Below, piece by piece: positions 12,801 through 22,823 of a stretch of DNA of 44,720 bases. The notes beneath the pieces are model-generated. The model was not told the origin of the DNA. It ran no database searches and was given only the letters and a program-made list of their open reading frames with translations. Position 1 is the stretch's first letter; each line of letters starts with the position of its first letter. This DNA comes from an uncultured Acidimicrobiaceae bacterium (GTDB lineage: Bacteria > Actinomycetota > Acidimicrobiia > Spongiisociales > ZC4RG35), in NCBI GenBank assembly GCA_964608055.1, contig CAZSMJ010000003.1:1-44720 (forward strand). The letters run 5' to 3'. A program made the position numbers and the translations under genes.

Positions 12801-13192
12801 AGGATCAGAGGCTCAGGGCTCGATGGGCTAAGGCGCTGAATTGCACTGCGAATGCTGGCCACGACCACCGCAGGGCCACCACCGTTGGCAAGACGGTGTC
12901 GGGCCGCCGCCCGACGGGCCATGGTCGCGATATTGGGTGAGACGTGCTCGAACGGCAGGGTCTCCCAAGCCGGAGCCAGCGTGACGTCTTCGAGAAACAG
13001 AGCAATGTCATCCGCCAGCTCCTCGGCATCACGCTCCCCAGGCACAACCACCAGCAGCATCTCGCCGAGTTGGTCGGCAAGCCCGGCGATAGCGAAGGCT
13101 CTCCCCCCTGCAGACACCGCCCAAGAACCCCCCAGTTCAGGGAGGGACGCGGAGCGCCAAGCGGAGAGAAGGGGTGCGAGCGGTGCTGGCAT
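9827..13192 (-). CDS. mfd: Transcription-repair coupling factor
   Basis: 1121 aa. CarD/RNAP-interaction-like region (GDYVVHHQHGIGRFEGL). FEETPDQLRAI. Helicase motifs GDVGFGKTE, DEEQRFGV, TATPIPRTL and QLRGRVGRS. C-terminal TRG/D7 region. Confidence 0.97.
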   Translation of the reverse strand: MPAPLAPLLSAWRSASLPELGGSWAVSAGGRAFAIAGLADQLGEMLLVVVPGERDAEELADDIALFLEDVTLAPAWETLPFEHVSPNIATMARRAAARHRLANGGGPAVVVASIRSAIQRLSPSSPEPLILARDDEVALDDLVRTLADLGYSRTDRVEGRGEFAVRGGIVDVFPAQDEEPVRLDFFGDTVEDIRVISVATQRSEDSVDRLIAYPAREVRPGDALVERASELIATEQWAASTWDRIIQGQLFPGIESWLPWLADPVSLIDAAPVETRLLVIEPARALDRARELIKEETELAKALAPTWGEQAPSAGAHPALFLDLEERLSDRSHLRVPAAPTGPSDPVLEVRGLDATPGDPEAVSRGLARLLERGITTVVAMDGAAAADRVAKALAENGLALDRVDSLLNPRAAIVPVGIHRGFVAPGLGVAVLGEQEIAGRRRAHRRAGRSRAALTHQYRDLAEGDYVVHHQHGIGRFEGLVSRTMVGVERDYLIIAYAGADRLYVPVDQLAAVTRYTGGETPRVSRMGGKDWSDQKARVRKAVAAVAQRVVELHRLRAAAVGHAYAPDSPWQTEMEGAFPFEETPDQLRAIVEVKADMQDDKPMDRLVFGDVGFGKTEIAIRATFKAIESGKQVAVLCPTTLLVQQHHQTFSERFASYPVRVEALSRFLTPRQQDRVVAALATGEVDVVIGTHRLLSEDIRFKELGLLVIDEEQRFGVTAKDALKELKVGVDVLTLTATPIPRTLEMALTGIRDVSHIRTAPEDRHPILTYVGPTDDQAVSAAIRRELLREGQVFYVHNRVQSIERAVAHLRELVPDARYVVAHGQMSEGQLEQVMIDFWNREYDVMVATTIIESGLDLPQVNTLIVERSDLLGLAQLYQLRGRVGRSSQRAYAYLFHPRDRSLTEEAHRRLEAIGEATELGSGFQLALRDLEIRGAGSILGEVQSGHIAAVGFELYAELVADAVSELEGRSLPVEPPSEVRIDLPVDAHLPDVYIPEQELRLEAYRRLAGTSTHPEVDDVAVEWEDRFGPLPPAALALVELARLRADALRVGLEEMVKLRHEIRMGPVDLKPSQEVRLKRLQPRAVLRASEGIVFIPSPTPLVPGLSKFIAQMWPEGDS

Positions 13193-13206
13193 CGAACCGG
13201 TCGATG

Positions 13207-14187
13207 CTACCGCTGGGTCTGGAGTAGGCCCTCGGAGCGGAACCAGTCGATCGTGCGTTGCACGGTGTCCTCAATCGGGGTGTAAACCACCCCCAGCTCC
13301 CGCGTCGCCCGTGTGCCGTCGTATAGGTGCCCGTGCCGCAGTACCCGGACCATTTCCCCGCAAACCGGGGGGCGGCGCCTCGAGACCCGCCCCCCAAACT
13401 CGACAGCCCCGGCCAGTGCGGAGAGGACCGAGCCCGGCACAAACCGGGGATTCAGGGACAGACCGCTGACTGCGGTCAGCAAGACGAGAGCTTCTTGAAT
13501 GGTCAACGACACGCCGCTCAGCAGATAGCGCTCTCCGGGCTCACCCTCATCCGCCGCAAGGAGATGGCCCCGGGCGCAGTCGTCGATGTCGACGATGGAA
13601 ATCGTGGTCTCGACCAGAAACGGGAGCTTGCCCCTCATCACGTCGAGGATCAGCTTGCCTGTTCCGGAAGCCCGGCCCGGGCCCTGTACCGACGACGGGT
13701 TGACACAGATCACCTCGAGCCCTTGTGTCTCCTCGAAGACCAATTGCTCCGAGACGTGCTTCGAGCGCTCGTAACGCGACAGATAGAAGCCGCGATGCGG
13801 GCTGGTCTCAGAGCCGATGGTGCCTGTCTCCTCACCGATGGCGACCGCCGACGAGGTGTGGATCAGTCGGTTGACACCCGCAGCCCGACAGGCGTCGCGC
13901 ACGTTCGAGGTGCCGAGGATGTTCACCTGATCCATCCGACCCGGGTTCATCGAGCACATCTCGTTGACTCCGGCGACGTGAAACACCCTCTCGACCCCCG
14001 AGACCAGCCTTTGCAGACTCTCGGGGTCGAGGACATCACCGGCTACCGACTCGGCACCCAGACCTGCGATCTTGGCTGACGCTTCGGGGCTTCGGGCCAG
14101 TCCCTGGACCTGGTGGCCGGCCTCGACCAAGTGCCTGACCACAGCGGCGCCTACCACTCCGGAGCCGCCGGTGACGGCGACCTTCAC
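13207..14187 (-). CDS. NAD-dependent epimerase/dehydratase-family SDR
   Basis: N-terminal Rossmann motif MKVAVTGGSGVVGAAVV, and a YxxxK-like motif (YERSK). GTGA overlap with the pgsA-like gene. Confidence 0.85.
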   Translation of the reverse strand: MKVAVTGGSGVVGAAVVRHLVEAGHQVQGLARSPEASAKIAGLGAESVAGDVLDPESLQRLVSGVERVFHVAGVNEMCSMNPGRMDQVNILGTSNVRDACRAAGVNRLIHTSSAVAIGEETGTIGSETSPHRGFYLSRYERSKHVSEQLVFEETQGLEVICVNPSSVQGPGRASGTGKLILDVMRGKLPFLVETTISIVDIDDCARGHLLAADEGEPGERYLLSGVSLTIQEALVLLTAVSGLSLNPRFVPGSVLSALAGAVEFGGRVSRRRPPVCGEMVRVLRHGHLYDGTRATRELGVVYTPIEDTVQRTIDWFRSEGLLQTQR

Positions 14188-14726
14188 CTCCGGGTGCCGG
14201 CAGGCTCAGAACGCACGGTATGCCAGAACGCCGTCGTGTACCCCCAGGCCGAGCCGACGGTCGCGATCACGGCGAGCAGCATGACCCATTGGTCCAGATA
14301 CCAGGGGCCCCACGGCTCCGCGAGCCTGAAGAACGCCAGGAATATGGCAGCGAACTGGGTAGCCGTCTTCAACTTCCCCCACGTCGAGGGGCGAATCAGG
14401 CCCCCCTGTGCCGCCACCACCCCCCGGAGCGCCATCACGCCGAACTCACGGAAGATGATCAGCGCGGCGGGCCAGATCGAGACCCGATCAACCGACACCA
14501 GGGCCAGCAGAGTGCCTGTCACCAGGATCTTGTCGGCGGTGGTGTCGAGGAAACCGCCGAGGATTGTGCCCCCGCTGATCTTTCTCGCGAAGTAGCCGTC
14601 GAGATAGTCCGTGAAGGCCGCAACCGCGAACAACGAGGCGGCTATCGCCAGGGAGTGCTCGATTTGCTCGGCCCTGGTGAACGCCATGATGACCGGCACC
14701 AGCAGGATCCTGGCCAGCGCGAGCAT
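14184..14726 (-). CDS. pgsA: CDP-alcohol phosphatidyltransferase (PgsA-like)
   Basis: Signature D-x2-DG-x2-AR-x8-G-x3-D-x3-D is present as DYLDGYFARKISGGTILGGFLDTTADK. Polytopic membrane protein of 180 aa. AGGAGG-type RBS upstream. Confidence 0.85.
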   Translation of the reverse strand: MLALARILLVPVIMAFTRAEQIEHSLAIAASLFAVAAFTDYLDGYFARKISGGTILGGFLDTTADKILVTGTLLALVSVDRVSIWPAALIIFREFGVMALRGVVAAQGGLIRPSTWGKLKTATQFAAIFLAFFRLAEPWGPWYLDQWVMLLAVIATVGSAWGYTTAFWHTVRSEPAGTRR

Positions 14727-14795
14727 GTCAGGCAGTGAGATGGGACCTCCTCGATTCGGGGCGATCTTATCGGCGGCTAGGGCGCAATCCTCGTG

Positions 14796-16286
<1,491 letters not shown>

Positions 16287-16310
16287 CCGGGAAACGCTAT
16301 GCCTTCGGGG

Positions 16311-16889
16311 TCATGAAAGCTGGTCGCGCCCTCGCAGTGCGGCCATCTCTTGGGCCCGCGCCGGGTCGGTATGCCATTGCTCGACCACGTCGGCAGCCTC
16401 CTCGAACATGACCTCTACCTCGACGCGCTCGGTCTTGGTGAATGGGCGGAGCACGAAATCGGCCGGATCCATCGAACCGGGAGGCCGGCCGACTCCCACC
16501 TTGAGACGACTGAAGTCTGGGGTGCCCAGGGCCTTTTCGAGGGACCTGATCCCGTTGTGACCACCGCTGCCCCCGTTGACCTGAAGTCTCAGACGCCCAA
16601 AGGCAAGGTCGATGTCGTCGTGCACCACCAGGATTCGGGAGAGATCGATCCCGAAATAGCCGGCGGCGGCGCGCACTGCCGAACCCGACTCGTTCATGAA
16701 TGTGGACGGAACCACGTAGAGCACCCGACTGTCACCGGTCCCCACCTGGGCCACCTCACAACGGACCCGTGACGGGGCTCGTCCGAATTTGGCGTCGTGG
16801 TGGGCGGCGACCCGGGCCACGACCTCGTAACCCGCGTTGTGCCTGGTTCCCTCGTAATCGGTCCCCGGATTGCGGAGGCCGACCACCAT
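16311..16889 (-). CDS. pth: Peptidyl-tRNA hydrolase
   Basis: MVVGLRNPGTDYEGTRHNAGY, and GGSGGHNGIRS. ATG at 16889 lies 10 nt after the rplY stop. The longer ORF-track N-terminus is the shadow frame of the L25 acidic tail. Confidence 0.93.
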   Translation of the reverse strand: MVVGLRNPGTDYEGTRHNAGYEVVARVAAHHDAKFGRAPSRVRCEVAQVGTGDSRVLYVVPSTFMNESGSAVRAAAGYFGIDLSRILVVHDDIDLAFGRLRLQVNGGSGGHNGIRSLEKALGTPDFSRLKVGVGRPPGSMDPADFVLRPFTKTERVEVEVMFEEAADVVEQWHTDPARAQEMAALRGRDQLS

Positions 16890-16899
16890 GTGAGCCTGG

Positions 16900-17562
16900 T
16901 TACTCGCTGCTTTCGCCTTCTTGCTCGCCCTCAGCAGGCTCCTCACCCTCGGCAAGCTCCTCTCCCTCGCCCTCGAGCTCTTCCTCGGGCTCTTCGACGA
17001 TTTCGGCGGCAAGTGTCGTGACGCTCATGACCACCGCCTCGGGATCCTCGGCGTAGGTCACACCTTCGATCGCCGGCAGGTCGGCGATGCGCAGCGAGTC
17101 TCCGATTTCGACATTCGAGACATCGAGCACGATCGCTGAGGGAATCGCCGTTGGCAGTGCCTCGATGACGACGTGGGTGCGCTGGGGCGAGAAGACACCG
17201 CCGTTGATCACTCCGATCGGGGAGCCTTCGAAATGAATGGCGACCTCGGCAGTCACAATCTCGTCGAGCGACACGGTGACAAAGTCGATGTGGCGGTATT
17301 CGTTGCGGAACGGGTGCCGCTCAATGACCCGGGCCATGGTCAACAGGGTGGCACCGCCCTCGATCTCCAAGTTGATCAGGGCGTTGGCCCCGGCCTCGGT
17401 GTGGAGCACTACATGCAGGTCGTGCGCATCTACCGCGATGGACACCGGCTCGGTGCCCTTTCCATAGACGATGGCCGGCACGCTGCCCGTCTTCCTGACG
17501 CGACGCGACTCACGCGATCCGGTGCTCCGACCGGTTTGGGCGCGCAGACTGACTTCGGGCAT
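16900..17562 (-). CDS. rplY: 50S ribosomal protein L25 / general stress protein Ctc form
   Basis: MPEVSLRAQTGRSTGSRESRRVRKTGSVPAIVYGKG... plus the Ctc-type C-terminal beta domain and a Glu-rich tail. AAGGAG RBS about 8 nt upstream of ATG 17562. Confidence 0.9.
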   Translation of the reverse strand: MPEVSLRAQTGRSTGSRESRRVRKTGSVPAIVYGKGTEPVSIAVDAHDLHVVLHTEAGANALINLEIEGGATLLTMARVIERHPFRNEYRHIDFVTVSLDEIVTAEVAIHFEGSPIGVINGGVFSPQRTHVVIEALPTAIPSAIVLDVSNVEIGDSLRIADLPAIEGVTYAEDPEAVVMSVTTLAAEIVEEPEEELEGEGEELAEGEEPAEGEQEGESSE

Positions 17563-17599
17563 CGAAAGACTCCTTGGAGGAATGAGAGGTGGCCGCCAA

Positions 17600-18295
17600 T
17601 TATGGCCTGATGGCGTCTCTTCTGCCAGACGACACACCCGCAATCCACGATGCAGATCGGTCCGCAAGGTGCTCCAGCATCGCTTCCTCTGACCACCCTC
17701 CGCCGGTGAGCGAATGGGTGGCGCCGTCGAGAACCTCCACGGTCACGTTGGGGAGTGAGGCGATATGCCGCTCGAAGAGGTCCATCCGACTCAATGAATC
17801 CCTGGTCCCTTGGAAGAAGAGAAGGGGCACAGCGACCTTCGGGAAATGGTCGACCCGAAGCGACTCTGGCTTTCCAGGCGGGTGGAGCGGATACGCGTAG
17901 AGGATGACACCGGCAGCGGGATAGCCCTCAGCCACCAGGTAGGTAGCCATCCGGCCCCCCATCGACCTTCCGGCGAAAAAGACCGTGTCGACCGTATCCC
18001 TCAACACATCGGCAGCGGCCCGGTGACATTCAACGAGACGCTCCGCTCGGTCAGGGCTCTTCGACCCCCGTTCGGTGTAGGGATAGTTGAAGGTCAGAAC
18101 CCGGAGCCCGGCGGCGGCGAGACGGTCACGGAGGGAAGCAATGACCCGATGGTCCTGATCGGTGCCAGCGCCGTGGGCAAGCAGGACGCCGTCGCTCCCC
18201 TCACCAGCCAAACGACCGCTGACCTTCCCACCAGCCCATGGAATCGAAACCGTTGAGACCACAAAACCAATGTATAGGGCCAGTACCGTTGCCAT
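17600..18295 (-). CDS. Alpha/beta hydrolase (COG3571 / dienelactone-hydrolase-like)
   Basis: LLAHGAGTDQDH, nucleophile elbow GRSMGG, and C-terminal GATHSL. The start is uncertain. ATG 18295 would give a hydrophobic N-terminus. Upstream in-frame starts at 18313 or 18337 would overlap pgl. Confidence 0.75.
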   Translation of the reverse strand: MATVLALYIGFVVSTVSIPWAGGKVSGRLAGEGSDGVLLAHGAGTDQDHRVIASLRDRLAAAGLRVLTFNYPYTERGSKSPDRAERLVECHRAAADVLRDTVDTVFFAGRSMGGRMATYLVAEGYPAAGVILYAYPLHPPGKPESLRVDHFPKVAVPLLFFQGTRDSLSRMDLFERHIASLPNVTVEVLDGATHSLTGGGWSEEAMLEHLADRSASWIAGVSSGRRDAIRP

Positions 18296-18973
18296 GTGGA
18301 GCTCTTCGTCCATGACACACCTGACGCCGCGACCCAATCCGCGTCGAAACGGATCGCCGATCTGATCTCAGCAGCCGAGGGACGTTTCTCATTCGGGCTG
18401 GCGGGTGGATCCGCAGCGGAAGCCACCTACCGCATGTTGCGGGGGCGGGCCAGCGGTTGGGACAAGGTCGACGCATGGCTCTCGGACGAGAGATGGGTCC
18501 CCCCCGACGATGATCGCTCCAACGGGCGGATGGCAGCGGTGACCCTCCTCGATCATGTCGGCGCCAACTTCATCCGACCGAGATGGAGCGAGTACATGGA
18601 GGCTGAAGACGCTGCGGCTCACTACGAGGCAAGCCTCCGGTCGATTCACCTCGAGCGGCCGCCTGACCTGATCATGCTTGGCATGGGGGCTGACGCCCAT
18701 ATCGCGTCGTTGTTCCCGGGGACACCGGCGTTGGCCGAGCGAAGCCGCTGGTACGTGGCCAACCGCGACACGGGCAAACAAGAGGATCGTTTGACCGCCA
18801 CCTACCCACTCCTGTGGAAGGCGGCTCTTGTCCTTGTGGTGACCCTAGGGGTCGAGAAGGCTGACGCCCTCAAGGCCAGCTTCGAAAACGGGACACCCGC
18901 CGGACAATTGAGCGAAGCCGAGGGAGTGGTCGAATGGTACGTGGATCGGGACGCAGCCTCCCTTCTCTCCTGA
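18296..18973 (+). CDS. pgl: 6-phosphogluconolactonase
   Basis: FGLAGGSAAEATY, WLSDERWVPPDDDRSN, LGMGADAHIASLFPG. GTG start at 18296. Confidence 0.85.
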   Translation: MELFVHDTPDAATQSASKRIADLISAAEGRFSFGLAGGSAAEATYRMLRGRASGWDKVDAWLSDERWVPPDDDRSNGRMAAVTLLDHVGANFIRPRWSEYMEAEDAAAHYEASLRSIHLERPPDLIMLGMGADAHIASLFPGTPALAERSRWYVANRDTGKQEDRLTATYPLLWKAALVLVVTLGVEKADALKASFENGTPAGQLSEAEGVVEWYVDRDAASLLS

Positions 18974-19854
18974 TTGCAATCGCCCTGGTCTTGACGTTGG
19001 GGGCGTGCATTGGATCGGATGCTGCGACTACCACGGCCCAGCTGCCGACGACCACAAGCAGCTCTCGCCCCACGACGACCACGTCTATCACCACGACAAC
19101 CTCGACCACCACCACCACAGCCCCCACGACGACCACGACCACCATTCCCCAGCCGTTGCCTGAGATCGACGCCGAAGTCCTGATTCCCGACGGCTCCGGT
19201 CCATTCCCGGCCGTGGTCCTGGTGCATGGCGGGGGTTGGGTCGCCGGCGCGCCTTCGATCATGCGGCCACTCGCAACATTTCTGGCCGAAGAGGGCTATC
19301 TGACTGTCAACGCCAGCTACACCCTGTCGGCCGAACAAACCGGTTTCCCGGCGGCCATCGACGACATCGCCTGCGCGGTCCGCTACGCCGCCGCCCATCC
19401 CGATTCAGATGGCACTGTGGTGGTGCTCGGGCATTCGGCTGGAGCCCACATCTCGGCGGTCGTCGCCCTGAGCGGCGATGACTACGCCGTCTCCTGCCCC
19501 ATCGCCGGGACCGGGATCCCGGATCGCCTCGTCGGGCTCGCCGGCCCATACGATGTTGCCCGACTCGGCCCGCTGATGTACCCGTTCTTCGGTGTCAGCC
19601 CGGCCCAGGACCCTGAGACCTGGCTTGCAGGCAACCCACTCCATCTCGTGGACCACAACCCCCATCTCGAGAGTCTCCTCATGTACGGCGAGGACGACGG
19701 TCTCATCGCTCCTTCCTTCACCTTCGACTTCGCCGACGCTCTCGATGGAGCAGGGTCAGAAGCTCTCGTGGAGATGGTCGAGGGTGCCCAACACAATGAC
19801 ATGTTTTCACCTGGCTTTGTCGGCGACCTGATCGCGACTTGGTTGGAGGACTGA
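18934..19854 (+). CDS. Secreted alpha/beta-hydrolase (esterase/lipase-type) lipoprotein with Thr-rich linker
   Basis: Lipobox LTLGAC. A roughly 45-aa Thr/Ser/Pro linker. Oxyanion-type motif VLVHGGGWVAG. Nucleophile elbow GHSAGAH. Confidence 0.8.
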   Translation: MVRGSGRSLPSLLIAIALVLTLGACIGSDAATTTAQLPTTTSSSRPTTTTSITTTTSTTTTTAPTTTTTTIPQPLPEIDAEVLIPDGSGPFPAVVLVHGGGWVAGAPSIMRPLATFLAEEGYLTVNASYTLSAEQTGFPAAIDDIACAVRYAAAHPDSDGTVVVLGHSAGAHISAVVALSGDDYAVSCPIAGTGIPDRLVGLAGPYDVARLGPLMYPFFGVSPAQDPETWLAGNPLHLVDHNPHLESLLMYGEDDGLIAPSFTFDFADALDGAGSEALVEMVEGAQHNDMFSPGFVGDLIATWLED

Positions 19855-19865
19855 CCGCGTCGGAA

Positions 19866-20273
19866 TCAGACGGGTTCCACACCGGAGGGCAGGATCCAGG
19901 CACTGTTGTGCTGGGTCATCCCGATCCTGGGGTAGTAGTCGACGGCTTTCGGGGCAGCGAGCAGGATGACGATGGCTTGTGGAGTCTCCAGGCGGGTTCG
20001 CCGCACCAGCTCCCGACCGATCCCTTGAGCCTGGTAGGTCAGCCTCACCGCAAGGTCGGAGAGATACGTGCAATAGACCCAGTCCGTGACCGAACGCGAG
20101 ATTCCGACCATCAGCTCCTCGTCCCAGGCGGTGACAACCAGGTCGGCCTCGGCCAGCATGATCTCCATTCGCTCTCGCTCCGCTACTGGTCTCCGCTCGC
20201 CGAGTGTCGAGTCGACATAGAGGTCGATGACCTCGTCGAGGTCGAGGTCGTTTCCCAACCGATAGCTGATCAC
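19866..20273 (-). CDS. GNAT-family N-acetyltransferase
   Basis: 135 aa. Acetyl-CoA-binding core LAVRLTYQAQGIGRELV. The longer same-strand ORF 19807..20997 in another frame is not coding-like. Confidence 0.8.
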   Translation of the reverse strand: MISYRLGNDLDLDEVIDLYVDSTLGERRPVAERERMEIMLAEADLVVTAWDEELMVGISRSVTDWVYCTYLSDLAVRLTYQAQGIGRELVRRTRLETPQAIVILLAAPKAVDYYPRIGMTQHNSAWILPSGVEPV

Positions 20274-20352
20274 GGGGTTCGAGGGTAGACCTCGGATAGG
20301 CCGAGAAAACCGGTTGCAACCCGCCGTTCGTAGTACCTATGCTACGTCTCAC

Positions 20353-21321
20353 ATGAGTTCCAATACCTCCGAACATAGTATGACGACAGCCGGCGGGGGC
20401 CCTACGTCCGAGCAGGTGGTCTTGGTTCGGGGCCTGCGTATGCGTTACGGATCGAACGACGTCTTGGACGGAGTCGACTTCCACATCAGAAAGGGCGAGG
20501 TCGTGACCCTGCTCGGCCCAAACGGCGCCGGTAAGACCACCACGATCGAGGTCCTCGAGGGTTTTCGGATTCCGTCCGATGGCGAGATCCGCGTGCTTGG
20601 AGTCGATCCCACCCGAGGCGATGAGGAATGGAGGGCGAGGGTGGGTGTGGTGCTTCAGTCCTGGCGTGACCATGCCCGGTGGACACCACGCGCCCTGTTG
20701 ACCCATCTCGGCCGGTATTACGTGCCCTACTCCACTCCGGAGCGGGCCCGTCCCTATGACGTCGAACAGCTGATCGCGATGGTCGGGATCGAGGAACAGG
20801 CGGAGCAGAAGATCCGTACCTTGTCCGGGGGCCAGCGTCGTCGTCTCGACGTCGCGGTCGGGATCATCGGCCGCCCCGAGTTGCTCTTCCTCGACGAGCC
20901 AACCGCCGGCTTCGACCCTCAGGCGAGGCGGGACTTCCACGACCTCGTCCATCGTCTCTCCGACCTCGAGGACACCACCATCCTCCTCACCACCCACGAT
21001 CTAGACGAGGCCGAGAAGCTGGCCGACCGGATCCTGATCCTGGCCGGAGGTCACATCGTTGCCGATGGAAGTGCCGACCAACTCGCCCGGCAGGTGACCC
21101 GCGAGGCCGAGGTTCGATGGAGCCGGAACGGCGAGAAGTACGTGCACTCCACACCCGACGCCACCGGGTTTGTCCGCAGCCTGCTGACCCAGCACGACGA
21201 CATCGCCGGCCTGGAAGTGCGTCGCGCCACGTTGGAGGACACCTACATCGCCATGGTCCAGCAGCATGAGACCGGTCACCCCGATCAGGCGGCGTCCGCA
21301 TTCGAGGAGGTCACAGGATGA
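20353..21321 (+). CDS. ABC transporter ATP-binding protein (ABC-2/DrrA-type exporter)
   Basis: Walker A GPNGAGKTT, signature LSGGQRRR, Walker B LLFLDEPTAGFD, H-loop TTHDL. The start is ambiguous among TTG 20314, ATG 20353 and ATG 20380. Confidence 0.9.
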   Translation: MSSNTSEHSMTTAGGGPTSEQVVLVRGLRMRYGSNDVLDGVDFHIRKGEVVTLLGPNGAGKTTTIEVLEGFRIPSDGEIRVLGVDPTRGDEEWRARVGVVLQSWRDHARWTPRALLTHLGRYYVPYSTPERARPYDVEQLIAMVGIEEQAEQKIRTLSGGQRRRLDVAVGIIGRPELLFLDEPTAGFDPQARRDFHDLVHRLSDLEDTTILLTTHDLDEAEKLADRILILAGGHIVADGSADQLARQVTREAEVRWSRNGEKYVHSTPDATGFVRSLLTQHDDIAGLEVRRATLEDTYIAMVQQHETGHPDQAASAFEEVTG

Positions 21322-22172
21322 GCCGCAAGGCAAACGCCATTCGCACCGGGGTCCAGCGGGGGTGGACCGAGTTCAACCTGAGCCTCCGCAGCCCACAGGA
21401 CCAGGGGTTCTTCATTTTCATGGCCGTGGTCATCGTCGGTTACCTGTTCCTGAACCGGAACAACGAAGTCGAGGGAACCACCCTCCTCTACCCGACGGTG
21501 GCGATGCCCAGCATCCTGGGGGCGTTGGTGGCGTTCGGGATGATCATCGGCCCGGCCTACACCATCGCCATGGAGCGGGAAGACGGAACCCTGCTCCGCG
21601 CCAAGGCGGTGCCCAACGGAGTGCTCGGGCAGGTCACGGGGTATGTCGTCAGCAACACCCTGGGCATCATCCCGTCCTTCGCCATCATCCTCATCCCCGG
21701 CCTGCTGCTGTTCCCGGGCCTGATGTCGAACGGGGCCGAAGGCTGGTTCACCGTCGTTTGGGTGACCCTGCTCGGGATCCTCGCCACACTGCCGATCGGC
21801 ATCGTGATCGGCTCGTTGGCCCCCGGGGTGCAGAAGGTCGGGACCTGGGGGATGCTGCCGTTCGTCTTCCTCACTGCCATCTCCGGGATCTTCTTCCCGA
21901 TCCAGGGGCTGTGGAACTGGCTACAGGTCGTCGCCCAGGGTTTCCCGCTGTATTGGCTCGGGCTGGGTATGCGGTCGGCATTCCTGCCCGACTCGGCGGC
22001 AACACTGGAGCTGACCGGCTCATGGCGGACCGGGTGGGCGGTCCTGGTGTTGACGCTGTGGGCGGTCGCGGGGCTATTGGTCGCCCCGGTGGTGGTGCGT
22101 CGCATGGCGCGACGCCAGTCGGGATCCCAGGTGGAGGCGGCCCGCGAGCAAGCCTTGCAGTGGATCAGGTGA
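21318..22172 (+). CDS. ABC-2-type transporter permease
   Basis: 284 aa with about 6 TM segments. ATGA overlap with the ATPase stop. Confidence 0.85.
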   Translation: MSRKANAIRTGVQRGWTEFNLSLRSPQDQGFFIFMAVVIVGYLFLNRNNEVEGTTLLYPTVAMPSILGALVAFGMIIGPAYTIAMEREDGTLLRAKAVPNGVLGQVTGYVVSNTLGIIPSFAIILIPGLLLFPGLMSNGAEGWFTVVWVTLLGILATLPIGIVIGSLAPGVQKVGTWGMLPFVFLTAISGIFFPIQGLWNWLQVVAQGFPLYWLGLGMRSAFLPDSAATLELTGSWRTGWAVLVLTLWAVAGLLVAPVVVRRMARRQSGSQVEAAREQALQWIR

Positions 22173-22408
22173 GCGAGACGGTCCACAACAGGATCGCCAT
22201 GCTGCGGGCAGAGCGCGGCATCTCCCGACGGCAGCTCGCTGATGCGCTCGGAGTCCACTACCAAACGATCGGCTACCTCGAACGCGGGGAGTACAGCCCC
22301 AGCCTTCATCTCGCTCTTCAGATCGCCGACTACTTCGAAGTGCCGCTGGAGGTCGTTTTCTCCACGTCTCCCTTCCCCAGGATCGGGAGCATCAACCGGT
22401 CGGCCTGA
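22169..22408 (+). CDS. Small Xre-family helix-turn-helix transcriptional regulator (COG1476-like)
   Basis: 79 aa read from GTG 22169, in frame with the tail of ORF 21266..22408. Sequence: NRIAMLRAERGISRRQLADALGVHYQTIGYLERGEYSPSLHLALQIADYFEVPLEVVF. GTGA overlap with the permease stop. Confidence 0.8.
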   Translation: MSETVHNRIAMLRAERGISRRQLADALGVHYQTIGYLERGEYSPSLHLALQIADYFEVPLEVVFSTSPFPRIGSINRSA

Positions 22409-22435
22409 ACTGAGTGCGCCGTTACAGTCAGCTGG

Positions 22436-22816
22436 GTGAGATCCGTCGCCAGCATCTATGCCAGGCTCATCGGCATCGCGGTTTGCCTCTATGGCGGTTG
22501 GATGTTCCTGGGCAATCTGATCCTGGCCATGATCGAAGGCAACAACTATCAACCGAGTTGGGTGCTCTTGCTGGTCCTCCTTGCAGCAGCACTGGGGGTG
22601 GTCGGGGCAATCCTCTTCTTACTCAGTTTCGATGGGCCGGCGAAATGGCGAACCCGCACCCGGCGCATAGTCGGCTGGTCAGGAATGATTGGCTGTCTGT
22701 TGCTGCCAACCTCCATCTCCTTCGCCCTCCTCCCCCTGGTCGGGCTTGGAGTTTTCACCCTGGTGATGAGGGCAGCTCCCGATACGACCTCCGAGCAGGC
22801 CACTCAGTCCGTTTGA
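22436..22816 (+). CDS. Integral membrane protein, unknown function (about 4 TM)
   Basis: 126-aa ORF beginning 27 nt after the Xre gene, with four hydrophobic stretches. No recognisable motif. Confidence 0.6.
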   Translation: MRSVASIYARLIGIAVCLYGGWMFLGNLILAMIEGNNYQPSWVLLLVLLAAALGVVGAILFLLSFDGPAKWRTRTRRIVGWSGMIGCLLLPTSISFALLPLVGLGVFTLVMRAAPDTTSEQATQSV

Positions 22817-22823
22817 CCCTGGG

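Noticed and set aside
16890-17012. Lys/Ser/Arg-rich N-terminal extension of pth
   Set aside because: It is the alternative frame of the Glu-rich tail of L25. Pth homologues start at MVVGLRNPG.
19027-19146. Apparent tandem repeat of ACC/ACG-rich triplets
   Set aside because: This is a coding low-complexity Thr/Ser/Pro linker of the esterase lipoprotein, not a non-coding repeat or CRISPR-like array.
19807-20997. 396-aa minus-strand ORF
   Set aside because: It overlaps the GNAT gene in another frame and is antisense to the ABC ATPase with its clear Walker motifs. The product is non-protein-like.
21266-22168. Upstream 300 codons of ORF 21266..22408
   Set aside because: This is an alternative frame of the ABC-2 permease (Pro/Arg/Gly-rich). 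Only the last 79 codons, from GTG 22169, form a genuine HTH protein.
21557-22552. 331-aa minus-strand ORF
   Set aside because: Antisense to the permease, Xre and membrane-protein genes, with no motifs.
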